From an uncultured delta proteobacterium (GTDB lineage: Bacteria; Desulfobacterota; BSN033; UBA1163), in assembly GCA_963731045.1 (NCBI GenBank), contig CAVSVC010000018.1:26496-90495 (forward strand): a stretch of 64,000 nt of DNA, read 5' to 3'. A program made the translations under genes and the position numbers. Below, piece by piece: positions 37,313 to 46,726 of the stretch. The notes under the pieces were generated by a model. It ran no database searches, was not told where the DNA came from, and saw nothing but the letters and a program-made list of their open reading frames with translations. Position 1 is the first letter of the stretch. Each line of letters opens with the position of its first letter.

Positions 37313-40059
37313 CCTAAGCGTTTTCTTAGAAACTGGCCCGTGTAGGACTGTTTTGAGGCCATGATCTTTTCAATGGCCCCTTCAGCGACAATCCGTCCTC
37401 CTCCGTCGCCTCCCTCCGGACCCAGGTCGATGATGTAGTCCGCCCGCCGGATGAGATCCAGGTTGTGCTCGATGACCACGAGGGAGTGCCCCCGGGAGAT
37501 GAGTTTTTCAAAGGTATCGAAGAGAACATCGACATCGGCCATGTGGAGGCCGGTGGTGGGTTCGTCGAAGATGAAGAGGTTTCTTCCCCTGCTGGTTTGA
37601 CCGATATGAAGGGCCAGTTTGAGGCGTTGCGCCTCACCGCCGCTCAGCGTGTTGGTAGACTGGCCCAGCATCATGTATCCCAGTCCCACCTCTTTCAGGA
37701 CCCGAAGCTTGGAGACGATCCGGTCATGCCCTCCAAAGAAGGAGAGGGCTTCGTCCACTGTCAGATCCAGGATCTCGGAGATGTTCTTCTCATGATAGGT
37801 GACCCCGAGCACCTCGGGTTTGAATCTTCTCCCTTCACAGGCCTCGCAGGTGACAATCACATCTTCCAGAAATTGCATATCCAGGACCTGGAGCCCTGCC
37901 CCCTGGCAGACTTCGCAGCGCCCTCCTTCGGTATTGAAAGAGAAGTGTCTGGGTTTCAGCCCGTTTCGCTTCGCTTCCCTTGTCTGGGCAAAGAGGTCCC
38001 GGATGTCAGAGAAGGCCTTGACATACGTAGCCGGGTTGGACCGGAGGCTTTTGCCGATGGGGGATTGATCAACAAGGATGAGATCATCCACCTGTTCCAG
38101 CCCCTGGATCGCGTCACAAGCCTCTCCCTGACAGTTTTCTTCTCCGTTGCCTTTCGCACCTCCGAATAGGATACTGTGAACCAGCGTGGTCTTTCCGGCC
38201 CCGGAGACCCCTGTGACACAGACCAGCATCCCCAGAGGAAGACGGACGTCGATTTTCTTCAAATTGTGTTTACGGGCGTTGCGAATGGTGATCCACCCCC
38301 GGGGCTTCCGGGTAGTTCTTTTTTGAAACGGGCCGTTCCCGTTTTTCAGGCAGCGGGCTGTCATGGAATCCCCATCTTTCAGAAGGGATTCCATGTCTCC
38401 CTGAAAGACGATCCGGCCGCCGTCTCTTCCCGCACCGGGACCCAGATCAATGATCTCATCGGCAGCCCTGATCATGTCCGGGTCGTGTTCCACCACCACA
38501 ACGGTGTTGCCTCCTTTTCGTAAATGCTGGAGGGCTTTGAGGAGGCGGTCGGTGTCCCTGGCATGAAGGCCGATACTGGGCTCATCAAGCACATACAGGG
38601 TTTCAGTGAGGGCCGATCCCAGCGCCCTCGCGAGGGTGATCCTCTGATATTCGCCGCTGGAGAGTGTTCGCGTTTGACGGGAAAGAGTGAGATATCCGAG
38701 ACCCACGTCGACCATGAAGGTGAGTCGCCCGGTGATTTCCTTGAGGAGTCTCTCCGAAAGAGTCTTCTGATAATCCCGGAGAGGCAGATGATGGAAAAGC
38801 CCCTGCAGCTCGGAGATGGACATTTCAGAGAGTTCAGCGATGTGCTTTCCCCCCACCTGAACCTGGAGGGCTTCAGGCCGAAGGCGGGTATTCCTGCATG
38901 AAGGGCAGGTGGTATAAGCCCGATACTTGCTGAGGAAGACGCGGTAGTGAACCTTATATTTCTTTCCTTCCATCCAGTCAAAGAAGCCTTTGAGCCCGAT
39001 GAATTCCCCCTTTCCGTCAATGAGGATCTGTTTCTGATCCTGCCGGAGGTCTGCGAAGGGCTTCTCCACGGGAATCCGGTATTTCCGGCAGGCTTCCCAG
39101 AGATAGTTATAGAGGTCTTCGTAGGCGGGCGTATTCCACGGGGCGAAGGGTCTTTCATTCAGCTTCTTTCCCGGATTCGGGATGACTTTCTGCCAGTCGA
39201 TTTCGATTATCCTTCCAAAGCCCTGACAGGTTGGGCAGGCGCCGATGGGGCTGTTGAAGGAAAAGAGGAGGGGCTCAGGCTGGGAATAACTCGTTCCACA
39301 CTGATTGCATGAGAAGCTCCGGGTAAAGGGAAGCCTTTCTCCGTCCTCTCCGACCACTTCCACCTTGCCGTTTCCTATTTGGAAGGCGGCCTGAATCGCT
39401 TCAGCCACCCTGGGCCTGTTTTCCTCATCGGGGATGAAGCGGTCGATGAGGAGAGAGAGGGCCGTCTGACTCCGAAGATCCGGAAGGGGAACGCCGGCCA
39501 GGTCAAGGATCTCGCCCGATTTCCAGATCCTGTAATAACCGTTCTTGATCAAGTCCTTGATCTTGGATTCCATCTCTTCGCCCTGTTGCAGGGAAAAGGG
39601 GGAGAGGATGATGGTTTTCCGGTTTCGGAATCGTGCCAGGACCTGCTCGGAAACACTTTCCACCGTATCCCCGGAGACTTTCACATGACACCTGTGACAG
39701 AAGACCTCTCCGACTTTGGCAAAAAAGAGCCTGAGGTAGTCATAGATCTCCGAAGCCGTTCCAACGGTGGAACGGGCGTTCTTCACCGTATTTCGCTGCT
39801 CAATGGCGATGGCCGGCGGGATGCCGTGAATGGTTTCAACATCAGGGCGGTCCATCTTTTCGAGGAATTGGCGTGCATAGGTGGAGAGGGATTCGATGTA
39901 GCGCCTCTGTCCTTCGGCGAAAAGGGTGTCAAAGGCCAGGGTCGATTTGCCGGATCCCGAGACGCCGGTAATGACGGTCATTTTCCCTCTCGGGATCTTA
40001 CAGCTGATGTTCTTGAGGTTATGGGATTTTGCCCCAATGATTTCAATGAACTTTTCCAT
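37288..40059 (-). CDS. uvrA: Excinuclease ABC subunit A (UvrA family)
   Basis: Two ABC ATPase modules (GVSGSGKST, GVSGAGKTT, LSGGE signatures). Start chosen at MEKFIEIIGAKSHNLKNI (40059) by family N-terminus; the track ORF extends to 40143. Confidence 0.9.
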   Translation of the reverse strand: MEKFIEIIGAKSHNLKNISCKIPRGKMTVITGVSGSGKSTLAFDTLFAEGQRRYIESLSTYARQFLEKMDRPDVETIHGIPPAIAIEQRNTVKNARSTVGTASEIYDYLRLFFAKVGEVFCHRCHVKVSGDTVESVSEQVLARFRNRKTIILSPFSLQQGEEMESKIKDLIKNGYYRIWKSGEILDLAGVPLPDLRSQTALSLLIDRFIPDEENRPRVAEAIQAAFQIGNGKVEVVGEDGERLPFTRSFSCNQCGTSYSQPEPLLFSFNSPIGACPTCQGFGRIIEIDWQKVIPNPGKKLNERPFAPWNTPAYEDLYNYLWEACRKYRIPVEKPFADLRQDQKQILIDGKGEFIGLKGFFDWMEGKKYKVHYRVFLSKYRAYTTCPSCRNTRLRPEALQVQVGGKHIAELSEMSISELQGLFHHLPLRDYQKTLSERLLKEITGRLTFMVDVGLGYLTLSRQTRTLSSGEYQRITLARALGSALTETLYVLDEPSIGLHARDTDRLLKALQHLRKGGNTVVVVEHDPDMIRAADEIIDLGPGAGRDGGRIVFQGDMESLLKDGDSMTARCLKNGNGPFQKRTTRKPRGWITIRNARKHNLKKIDVRLPLGMLVCVTGVSGAGKTTLVHSILFGGAKGNGEENCQGEACDAIQGLEQVDDLILVDQSPIGKSLRSNPATYVKAFSDIRDLFAQTREAKRNGLKPRHFSFNTEGGRCEVCQGAGLQVLDMQFLEDVIVTCEACEGRRFKPEVLGVTYHEKNISEILDLTVDEALSFFGGHDRIVSKLRVLKEVGLGYMMLGQSTNTLSGGEAQRLKLALHIGQTSRGRNLFIFDEPTTGLHMADVDVLFDTFEKLISRGHSLVVIEHNLDLIRRADYIIDLGPEGGDGGGRIVAEGAIEKIMASKQSYTGQFLRKRLGMIRDSDR

Positions 40060-40236
40060 CGGATTTTTATTATAACACAGCAAACTTCTCTCACCATCAC
40101 GGGTGGTCGGCGATTTTTTGATTGGCAAACGGGGGGATTCCATAATATACTCTATCCGTTTAAGGGGTTTCTTGGGTTACTTGAGTTCGTTGGGTTAAGA
40201 GCGTAGACCAGGTAAAGTAAGTTCGAGGGAGGATCG

Positions 40237-40965
40237 ATGGCACTGGCCATCAAAGCAGACGGTGTCTTCAAGACCTTCAAATCCGGCTGGTGGAAGAGGA
40301 GAACAAAGGAGGCCCTCAGAGGGGTTGACCTCGAGGTCGTGGAAGGGGAGATCTTCGGCATTCTCGGTCCGAACGGAGCCGGGAAAACGACGCTTCTCTC
40401 GATTCTTTCCACACTCCTCCTTCCCGATCGCGGAAGGGTTGAGATCCTCGGCATCGATGCCCTCCGTGACGGGCAGAGGATTCGAGAGAAGGTGAACATT
40501 TCCAGCGGGAATGCAAACTTTCTCTGGAGTCTGACGGTGAAGGAGAACCTTCAGTACTACGGGATGCTCTATGGCCTGGCGGGGAAGAAGCGGGAGAAGA
40601 AGGTGGAAGGGTTGATCGAGCTTTTCAACCTGAGAGAACACCGGAACATCCCCTTTGACGAACTCTCCACCGGCATGAAGCAGCGGCTCTCTCTTGCGAA
40701 ATCGATGATTAACGATCCGGAGGTTCTCTTTCTCGATGAACCCACCGTGGGTCTCGATCCGGATGTCTCGATCGTGATACGGGAACAGACCCGGTTGATC
40801 CAGAAGGAGAGAAGCATGACGGTTCTCCTCACGACGCACAATATGAAAGAGGCGGAATTCCTCTGTCACCGTATCGCTTTTCTCAAGGCAGGGGAGATCC
40901 TTGCCACCGGAACCCCGGAGGAACTGAAACGGTCTGTCCGGATCGGCGACCTGGTTCAGGATTGA
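40237..40965 (+). CDS. ABC transporter ATP-binding protein (ABC-2/DrrA-like), main body
   Basis: Walker A GPNGAGKTT, signature LSTGMKQRL, Walker B LFLDEPT. Confidence 0.9.
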   Translation: MALAIKADGVFKTFKSGWWKRRTKEALRGVDLEVVEGEIFGILGPNGAGKTTLLSILSTLLLPDRGRVEILGIDALRDGQRIREKVNISSGNANFLWSLTVKENLQYYGMLYGLAGKKREKKVEGLIELFNLREHRNIPFDELSTGMKQRLSLAKSMINDPEVLFLDEPTVGLDPDVSIVIREQTRLIQKERSMTVLLTTHNMKEAEFLCHRIAFLKAGEILATGTPEELKRSVRIGDLVQD

Positions 40966-41219
40966 GTTTACCGGGAGGATTTCGGAAGAGGATCTTACTT
41001 CATGCGGAAGGTGTCATCAATTTTACCGTGTCGGGCAACCTCTGCGAGATCATGGTGGATGACGGAGAGAGAAGGCTGGGTTCCCTGATCGCCATGCTCT
41101 CCCAGGGAGGGGCTACCATCAAGAGGGTGAACCTGGGGCAGACGGATCTGGAGGATGTCTTCATCGAGTTTGCAAGAGGAGAAGAGAACCCTCACCCCCT
41201 TCAAGGGATTGACGGATAA
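40962..41219 (+). CDS. C-terminal domain fragment of the same ABC ATPase (frame-shifted)
   Basis: Ends ...GQTDLEDVFIEFA, the usual C-terminal motif of DrrA-like ATPases. TTG-initiated ORF overlapping the upstream stop. Confidence 0.6.
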   Translation: MSLPGGFRKRILLHAEGVINFTVSGNLCEIMVDDGERRLGSLIAMLSQGGATIKRVNLGQTDLEDVFIEFARGEENPHPLQGIDG

Positions 41220-41255
41220 TATTAAAATGACTATAATGGTCATATTGAAAAGATC

Positions 41256-41558
41256 ATGAGGGATCCTATGAAGACCACAGCCATAACGGAGTTGAAGGCC
41301 CACCTGAGCGACTATTTGAATCAGGTGAAGAGCGGCACGGAGGTATTGGTTACCGAAAGAGGAAGGCCTGTGGCCAAGATCGTTCCCTTCTCCGGGAAAC
41401 AACGTCCGAGGCAGTCCCTGTCCAAGATGGAAAAGCAGGGGTTAATCAAACTCGGGAAAGGCAAACTTCCACAGGATTTCTGGACCCTGCCCAGGGGAAA
41501 AGATCCTCAAGGACTGGTCCTTAAGGCACTTCTTCAAGACCGGGAGAACGGCAGATGA
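41256..41558 (+). CDS. Phd/YefM-type antitoxin
   Basis: TAITELKAHLSDYLNQVKSGTEVLVTERGRPVAKIVP. Stop overlaps the downstream ATG (ATGA). Confidence 0.8.
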   Translation: MRDPMKTTAITELKAHLSDYLNQVKSGTEVLVTERGRPVAKIVPFSGKQRPRQSLSKMEKQGLIKLGKGKLPQDFWTLPRGKDPQGLVLKALLQDRENGR

Positions 41559-41977
41559 AATTCTGGGATTCCTCAGCCATTATTCCGCTGTGTCTGGAGG
41601 AGCCGACCTCAGAGGGAATACGGGCTGTGCTTGAGGGAGACGAGGACGTTGTGGTCTGGTGGGCGACACGCGTTGAATGCCTGTCAGCCTTAGAACGACG
41701 GCGACGTGAAGGCGCGCTTTCTGCGGAGGTTCAACAAAAGGCCAGGACGGTTCTGACCGCGTTGGCAAAGGGGTGGTCTGAAGTGCTTCCGAGCGAACTC
41801 GTCCGGCAGCGGGCGGAAAGGCTTCTATCCATTCATCCCCTGCGGGCGGTGGATGCCTTTCAACTCGCGGCAGCCCTCGTCTGGGCGGAAGAAGCCCCGC
41901 AAGACCTGGAGATGGTCTGCCTCGATCAGAATCTTCGAGAAGGGGCTTTTAAAGAGGGCTTCACCGTTCTTCCGTAA
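41555..41977 (+). CDS. vapC: PIN-domain toxin (VapC family)
   Basis: 140 aa. N-terminal FWDSSAIIPL (acidic Asp), central and C-terminal acidic residues (AVDAFQLAAAL, LDQNL). Confidence 0.8.
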   Translation: MKFWDSSAIIPLCLEEPTSEGIRAVLEGDEDVVVWWATRVECLSALERRRREGALSAEVQQKARTVLTALAKGWSEVLPSELVRQRAERLLSIHPLRAVDAFQLAAALVWAEEAPQDLEMVCLDQNLREGAFKEGFTVLP

Positions 41978-42194
41978 ACATGGCCGCTTTGGGTGCAGAT
42001 CGAAGCCATCGCGGTACGCCAACTTTTTGGCAACAACCCGTCTAAATCTTTTCCCCTCAATTCAATCCTCTCCCACCCATCGCTGTAGCGGCTACGCGCA
42101 AGCAGGCGCCAGCGAGAGGAGGAATTATTTTAGGTTCGTTCATTATCCGAAACCTGCAAGGTGTCTAAGGGGTTAACATCTCACGATTTGCGCC

Positions 42195-44669
42195 TTACGC
42201 TGTTACGTTATTTCGGCAGGGCTGTCGAGCCTTTCCTTTGGCGTTTCTTCCCTGCTCCGTCAGCATCCGCTTTGTCTCGGTCACCTCCTGATCGGTCACA
42301 CTCTTGCGCAGGCGTTCCATCTTCTCCATGACTTCTTTGAAACGGAGTCCCTCGGCAGCGCTGATCCACTCGAGCTGAAGCCTCTCGGGCCGTAATCCGA
42401 GCTTCTCCATCTTTTTCCGCATCCGTTTGACGCGCCGCTCCGTCCAGTGGTTGGCGTTGATGTAGTGGCAGTCGCCGATGTGGCAGCCGGAAACGAGCAC
42501 CACCGGCGCGCCCTTTTCGAAAGCCCGCCAGACGAACTTCTCCGAACCCGGCCCGAGCACATGGTCCGGATCAGCCGGACGTTGGGCGGATACTGGCAGC
42601 CGGGAGACGCCGGCGAAGTCGGCGCCCGCATAGGAGCACCAGTTGCAGGCAAAGACGAGCAATTCGCTCCGCCGGGTCTTCCTCCAGGATCGCGTCGATC
42701 TGGGCCTCGATCTGCTCGTCGGTGAAGTGGTTCATGAGGATGGCGCCGAAGGGGCACTCGGCGGCGCAGGTGCCGCACCCGGCGCAGGCCGCGTCGGTCA
42801 CACGGGCCGGGGTCTTTGCCTTGGTATCCACGGTGATGGCCTTGATACGGGCAGACCTTGGCGCAGATGCCGCAGGACGTGCACTCTTCCGCAACGACTT
42901 CGGCGGTGATCGCCTCGACCCGCAGGTCGAGTCCGGATGCATCAGCCGGATGGCCCGGGCCGCCGCTGCCGAGGCCTGTGTGACGCTCTCCTTGATGTCC
43001 TTCGGCCCCTCGGCGCAGCCGGCAAAGAAGATGCCGCGCGTGGCGGAGTCCACCGGCTGGAGCTTGGGGTGGGCCTCCAGGAAGAATCCGTCCGAGGTCT
43101 TCTGAAGGGCCAGCATCTCCTGGACGATTTTCATGTCTTCGGGCGGCTCGACCCCGACGGCCAGGACCACCATCTCCGCCCGGTGGTTCTCGAGTTGATG
43201 TGGTCGCCGTGTTTTCGACCGTGAGGACGAGATCCTTGCTTTTCGGGTCTTCTTGAATCGATCCCGGCAGCCCCCGGATGTAGCGAACGCCCGGCCCCTT
43301 GCTCCGCCGGAAGAGGTCCTCGAACCCCTTGCCGAAGGCCCGGATGTCGATGTAGAAGACCTTGACCTCCATGTCCGGAGTAGTGCTCCTTGAGCATCAG
43401 CGTGCTCTTGACCGTGTTCATGCAGCAGATGTTCGAGCAGTAAGGCTCCCCGCGCCGCTGGGACCGCGAGCCGACGCACTGGATGAAGGCGATGGATTTG
43501 GGGGTCTTTCCGTCGGTCAGCCGCACGACCTCGCCCTGGGTCGGTCCGCCGGCATTGATCAGGCGCTCGAACTCCAGGAGCGGTGAGGACGTTCTCGAAG
43601 CGGGTGTAGCCGTACTCGTCCAGTTCCGTCGGATCATAGGGTTCCATGCCGGTGGCGACGACGATGGTTCCCACTTTGAAACTCAATTCCTCATCGCTCA
43701 TGTCGAAGTCGATGCACTTCTTTTGACACTTCTCGATGCACTTGCCGCAGACGACGGGATTGTGGCCCAGGCAGTCATCGATATCGATCACATAGGCGGA
43801 CGGGACGGCCTGCGGAAAAGGCGAGTAGATGGCTTTGCGGGAGCACAGTCCCATGTTGAATTCATCCGGAACCACCACCGGGCAGACCTGGGCGCAGTCG
43901 CCGCAGGCGGTGCACTCCTTCTCGTTCACGTAGCGGGCTTTCTTGAGGATCTGGACCTGGAAGTTGCCCACGTATCCCGTGACGGCCTTGACCTCGCTCA
44001 CGGGTCAGCAGCGTGATGTTGGGATGCCGACCGGCATCCGTCATCTTCGGACCGAGTATTCAGATGGAGCAGTCCATGGTGGGAAAGGTCTTGTCGAGCT
44101 GGGCCATGATGCCGCCGATGCTGGGGCTCTTTTCCACCAGGACCACCTCGTAGCCGGTGTCGGCCAGATCGAGCGCCGCCTGGATGCCCGCCACGCCGCC
44201 GCCGATCACGAGGGTGGCGGGTTCAACCGGAACCTCGACCTCTTCACGGACCCCCAGCCATCGGGCCCGGGCGACCGCCGAGCGCACCAGGTCCTTCGCC
44301 TTTTGTGTCGCTCCCTCTGGGTCGTGGGTGTGAACCCAGGAGCATTGTTCGCGGAGGTTGGCCATCTCCAGGAGATAGGGGTTCAACCCCGCCTCATGAA
44401 GGCATTTCCGGAAGGTCGGCTCGTGGAGCCGCGGCGAGCAGGACGCGACGACGATGCGGTTCAGACCGTTGTTCCCGGATGTCGTCCTTGATCTGGTTCT
44501 GCCCCGGCTCGGAGCAGAGGTAGGTGTCGTGGCGGGAGACGATCACGTCCCGGAGCCCCTTGCCGTATTCGGCCACGGCTGCGCAGTCAACGACGCCGGC
44601 GATATTCAACCCGCAATGACAGACATAGATGCCGATTCGACTTTCCTCTTTTTCTTCCTTTGCCTGCAT
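42195..44669 (-). pseudogene. hdrA: HdrA-like flavoprotein fused to MvhD domain, selenocysteine-containing, about 10 frame breaks as assembled
   Basis: Collinear pieces run in frames 2-1-0-2-1-0-1-0-2-1-2: 44394..44669, 44060..44386 plus 43862..44044 (same frame across a TGA), 42571..44001, 43131..43637, 42296..43372, 42195..42662. Motifs: [50 protein letters not shown], several CxxCxxCxxxCP, and an MvhD tail LLVFACNWCSYAGADFAG...GCHIGDCHY. Confidence 0.8.
44015..44046 (-). promoter_or_regulatory. SECIS-like hairpin GGAUGCC-GGUC-GGCAUCC downstream of the hdrA TGA
   Basis: The TGA is at 44062..44060. A 7-bp perfect stem (44039-44033 / 44028-44022) with a GGUC loop starts 20 nt after it. Confidence 0.6.
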
Positions 44670-44696
44670 GCTGTTTCCTCACCCTTCTTAGTGCTA

Positions 44697-44866
44697 AGTG
44701 ATCAGACATCAGTCATCAGTGATCAGTTATCAGTAAAACATGTAACGCTTCATCTTTTGCTGATTAATAATCCTGGGTTACTGGTCCTTGGTTATTGATG
44801 AATGGTCACTGATCACTGACAACTGGTATTTGGTCACTGGTTACTGATCACTGATTACTGATTACT
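44697..44866. repeat. Inverted pair of heptanucleotide tandem arrays (AGTGATC-type x6 / GRTYACT-type x13)
   Basis: Left array 44697-44738: AGTGATC AGACATC AGTCATC AGTGATC AGTTATC AGTAAAA. Right array 44776-44866: 13 in-phase heptads such as GGTCACT GATCACT GATTACT. The right array encodes the C-terminus RVISNQ* of the hdrD-like gene. Confidence 0.85.
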
Positions 44867-46067
44867 CGTGTGTTACCGTCTTTTTGACTGATCGCCTTGG
44901 GCTCCTTCGACCATTCGATGTGATCGGCCAGGACGCTGACCAGGTCCCGGATTTCCATTGAAAGGGAGCCTCCCTGGTAAGGGTCCCGCATGGCGCAAGT
45001 CAGGTGGATCATGCACTTGGGACAGGAGGTGACCAGAAGATCGGCCCGCGTGGCCTTGGCCTCCTGCAATCGTTCCACCTGAATGCGCTTCGAGTATGCG
45101 TCGCAGTTGATAAACCCGTTGTTGCCGCAGCAGACGGCGCTCCGGCCGGAGTTCTTCATATCCTTGAGGGCAAGCTCCGGGACCATCTGCATCAAGGCCC
45201 GAGGCGATTCGCAGGAGCCTTCCAGCCGACCCAGCCGGCAGGGGTCCTGGTAGGTTATCCGGCGTTTCATCGGCTTAAACGTGATCCCTCCCTTGTGGAT
45301 TTCCCGGCGCAGAAGGTCCAGGAGCAGCGTCACCTTGAGATCGATGCCCGGAATCACTCCGGGCATGAACTGACTCAGGACCTGATAGCACTCCGGACAG
45401 GATACGATGATCTCCTTTACTCCGGCTGCCTGGAATTCCTGATAATTCAACCGGCAGAGTGTCTCGAAATTCTCGCGGTCGCCTGTCCAGAGTAGATCGT
45501 GGCCGCAGCAGCGCTCCTCCTTCAATACCACCGGGACGATGTCCAGGAAGTTCAGGAGCCGGATGCTGTCCCGGACAATGGACAGGGTGTTGACCTCGAT
45601 GCCGGAAAAGAAGACGTCGAAATAGGGAGCGCATCCGGTAAAGAAAGCGACGGAGCCGGACTGGGCCACCCGAAGTTCAGTCCCCAGCCAGTCCAGCCGG
45701 TTCTGCTCCAGGTCGGGTGAAGTCATGATCCTCATCCAGGAGTGGAGGGCCCCGTCATGGGACCGGGAGCCCTTGAGGCCTTTCGTCTCTGCCAGCAGGG
45801 TTCGCATCTCCAGAATGAAGTCCCGGACCTCGACCCCGGAAGGGCAGCGCTCCTCACAGAGCCCGCAGGTCAGGCATTCCCAGACGGAGTTCTCGATGAA
45901 GGATTCGTTGTCCGGCTCCGCAATCAGCTTATGGGCCAGAAGCCGCGGAGAGTATTCCTTGCCGCTGAGCATGCGGGGGCACGAGGCCGAGCATTTGCCG
46001 CAATCGAGACACTGGAGAGGGATTTGTCCCGGATGATTTCCTTGATTCGGGGGTCGTCCAGCTTCAT
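44848..46067 (-). CDS. HdrD/GlpC/DsrK-like iron-sulfur protein (2x[4Fe-4S] + two CCG domains), one frame break
   Basis: CLDCGKCSASCP, CLTCGLCEERCP, and CCG motifs ERCCGHD and AVCCGNNG. The true start MKLDDPRIKEIIRDK (ATG at 46067, ATGA overlap with the mvhD stop) joins the main frame if the TTT run at 46023-46025 is one base longer. The track ORF 44848..46275 has a spurious N-terminus. Confidence 0.82.
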
Positions 46068-46489
46068 GGTGACGCCCCCTCTTGCCTCGGTTTCGCAGGG
46101 TTCGGACCCATGGTGAGCATCTGGTCGGAAAACTCCCACAGGGCGCTGACCAGTTCCTGCTTCTCATGGGCTCCGAAGCTTCGTTCCACGAGCCGCTTCT
46201 GGCCGATCCCGAGAAGATGAAGCAATCTGCGCACTTTTTCCACATTGGAGTGGCCCACTTCCGGGCCGGGACCATACCGGCAGTCCTCGTCTTTGCACTC
46301 CAGCAGGATCACCCCGTCGGCGCCGTATTCAAAGGCCCGAAGGATCAGGGCCTGGTTGATGCGGCCGATGCACATCACCCGCATGAAAGCGAAATGGGGC
46401 GGCATCTTCAGATGGGCCATGCCCGCGGCATTGTAGCAGGCAAAAGGGCTCCAGTTGCAGCAAATTCCGAGAAGATTGGTCCGTTCCAT
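46064..46489 (-). CDS. mvhD: MvhD-like (methyl-viologen-reducing hydrogenase delta subunit family) protein
   Basis: 141 aa. ICCNWSPFACYNAAG...MRVMCIGRINQALILRAFEYGADGVILLECKDEDCRY. Confidence 0.8.
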   Translation of the reverse strand: MERTNLLGICCNWSPFACYNAAGMAHLKMPPHFAFMRVMCIGRINQALILRAFEYGADGVILLECKDEDCRYGPGPEVGHSNVEKVRRLLHLLGIGQKRLVERSFGAHEKQELVSALWEFSDQMLTMGPNPAKPRQEGASP

Positions 46490-46492
46490 GAT

Positions 46493-46726
46493 CTAATGGG
46501 CTCCTTCCAGGACACCCGCAACGATTTCGTCCAGGAGCCGGTTTGAAAAATAGGGCATGTCCAGGGCGGTCACCGGACAACGTCCGACACAAGCCCCGCA
46601 TCCGACGCAGTTGTAACGCAGGACCTCGGCGGTATAGGTCCACCGCGAGTTCGGACGGAGGTGAATCGCGTCGAAGGGACAGATCTCCACGCAGCGGCCG
46701 CAACCGCGGCACCGTTCCGAATCCAC
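46493..46726 (-). CDS. 2x[4Fe-4S] ferredoxin domain, probable C-terminal tail of hdrL
   Basis: CRGCGRCVEICP and CVGCGACVGRCP. Its frame continues upstream as AGAALAAQVARASAEAFLKDHELSPRV, which links to the hdrL body through two frame changes near 46805 and 46850. Confidence 0.65.
   Translation of the reverse strand: MDSERCRGCGRCVEICPFDAIHLRPNSRWTYTAEVLRYNCVGCGACVGRCPVTALDMPYFSNRLLDEIVAGVLEGAH

Noticed and set aside
40195-40869. 224-aa minus-strand ORF, plus 56903..57622 (239 aa, minus)
   Set aside because: Both are antisense to well-supported plus-strand genes (the ABC ATPase and the PAS kinase) and show no family features.
41978-42194. Intergenic segment with TCGCTG...CAGCGA and CCTCTC...GAGAGG pairings, checked for a tRNA (including tRNA-Sec)
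   Set aside because: It has no cloverleaf, no T-loop GTTCRA motif and no acceptor-stem pairing. It is probably just another GC-rich palindromic spacer.
44697-44866. Tandem arrays considered as CRISPR
   Set aside because: The period is only 6-7 bp, there are no unique spacers, no cas genes are present, and the arrays come as inverted pairs. This is not a CRISPR array.
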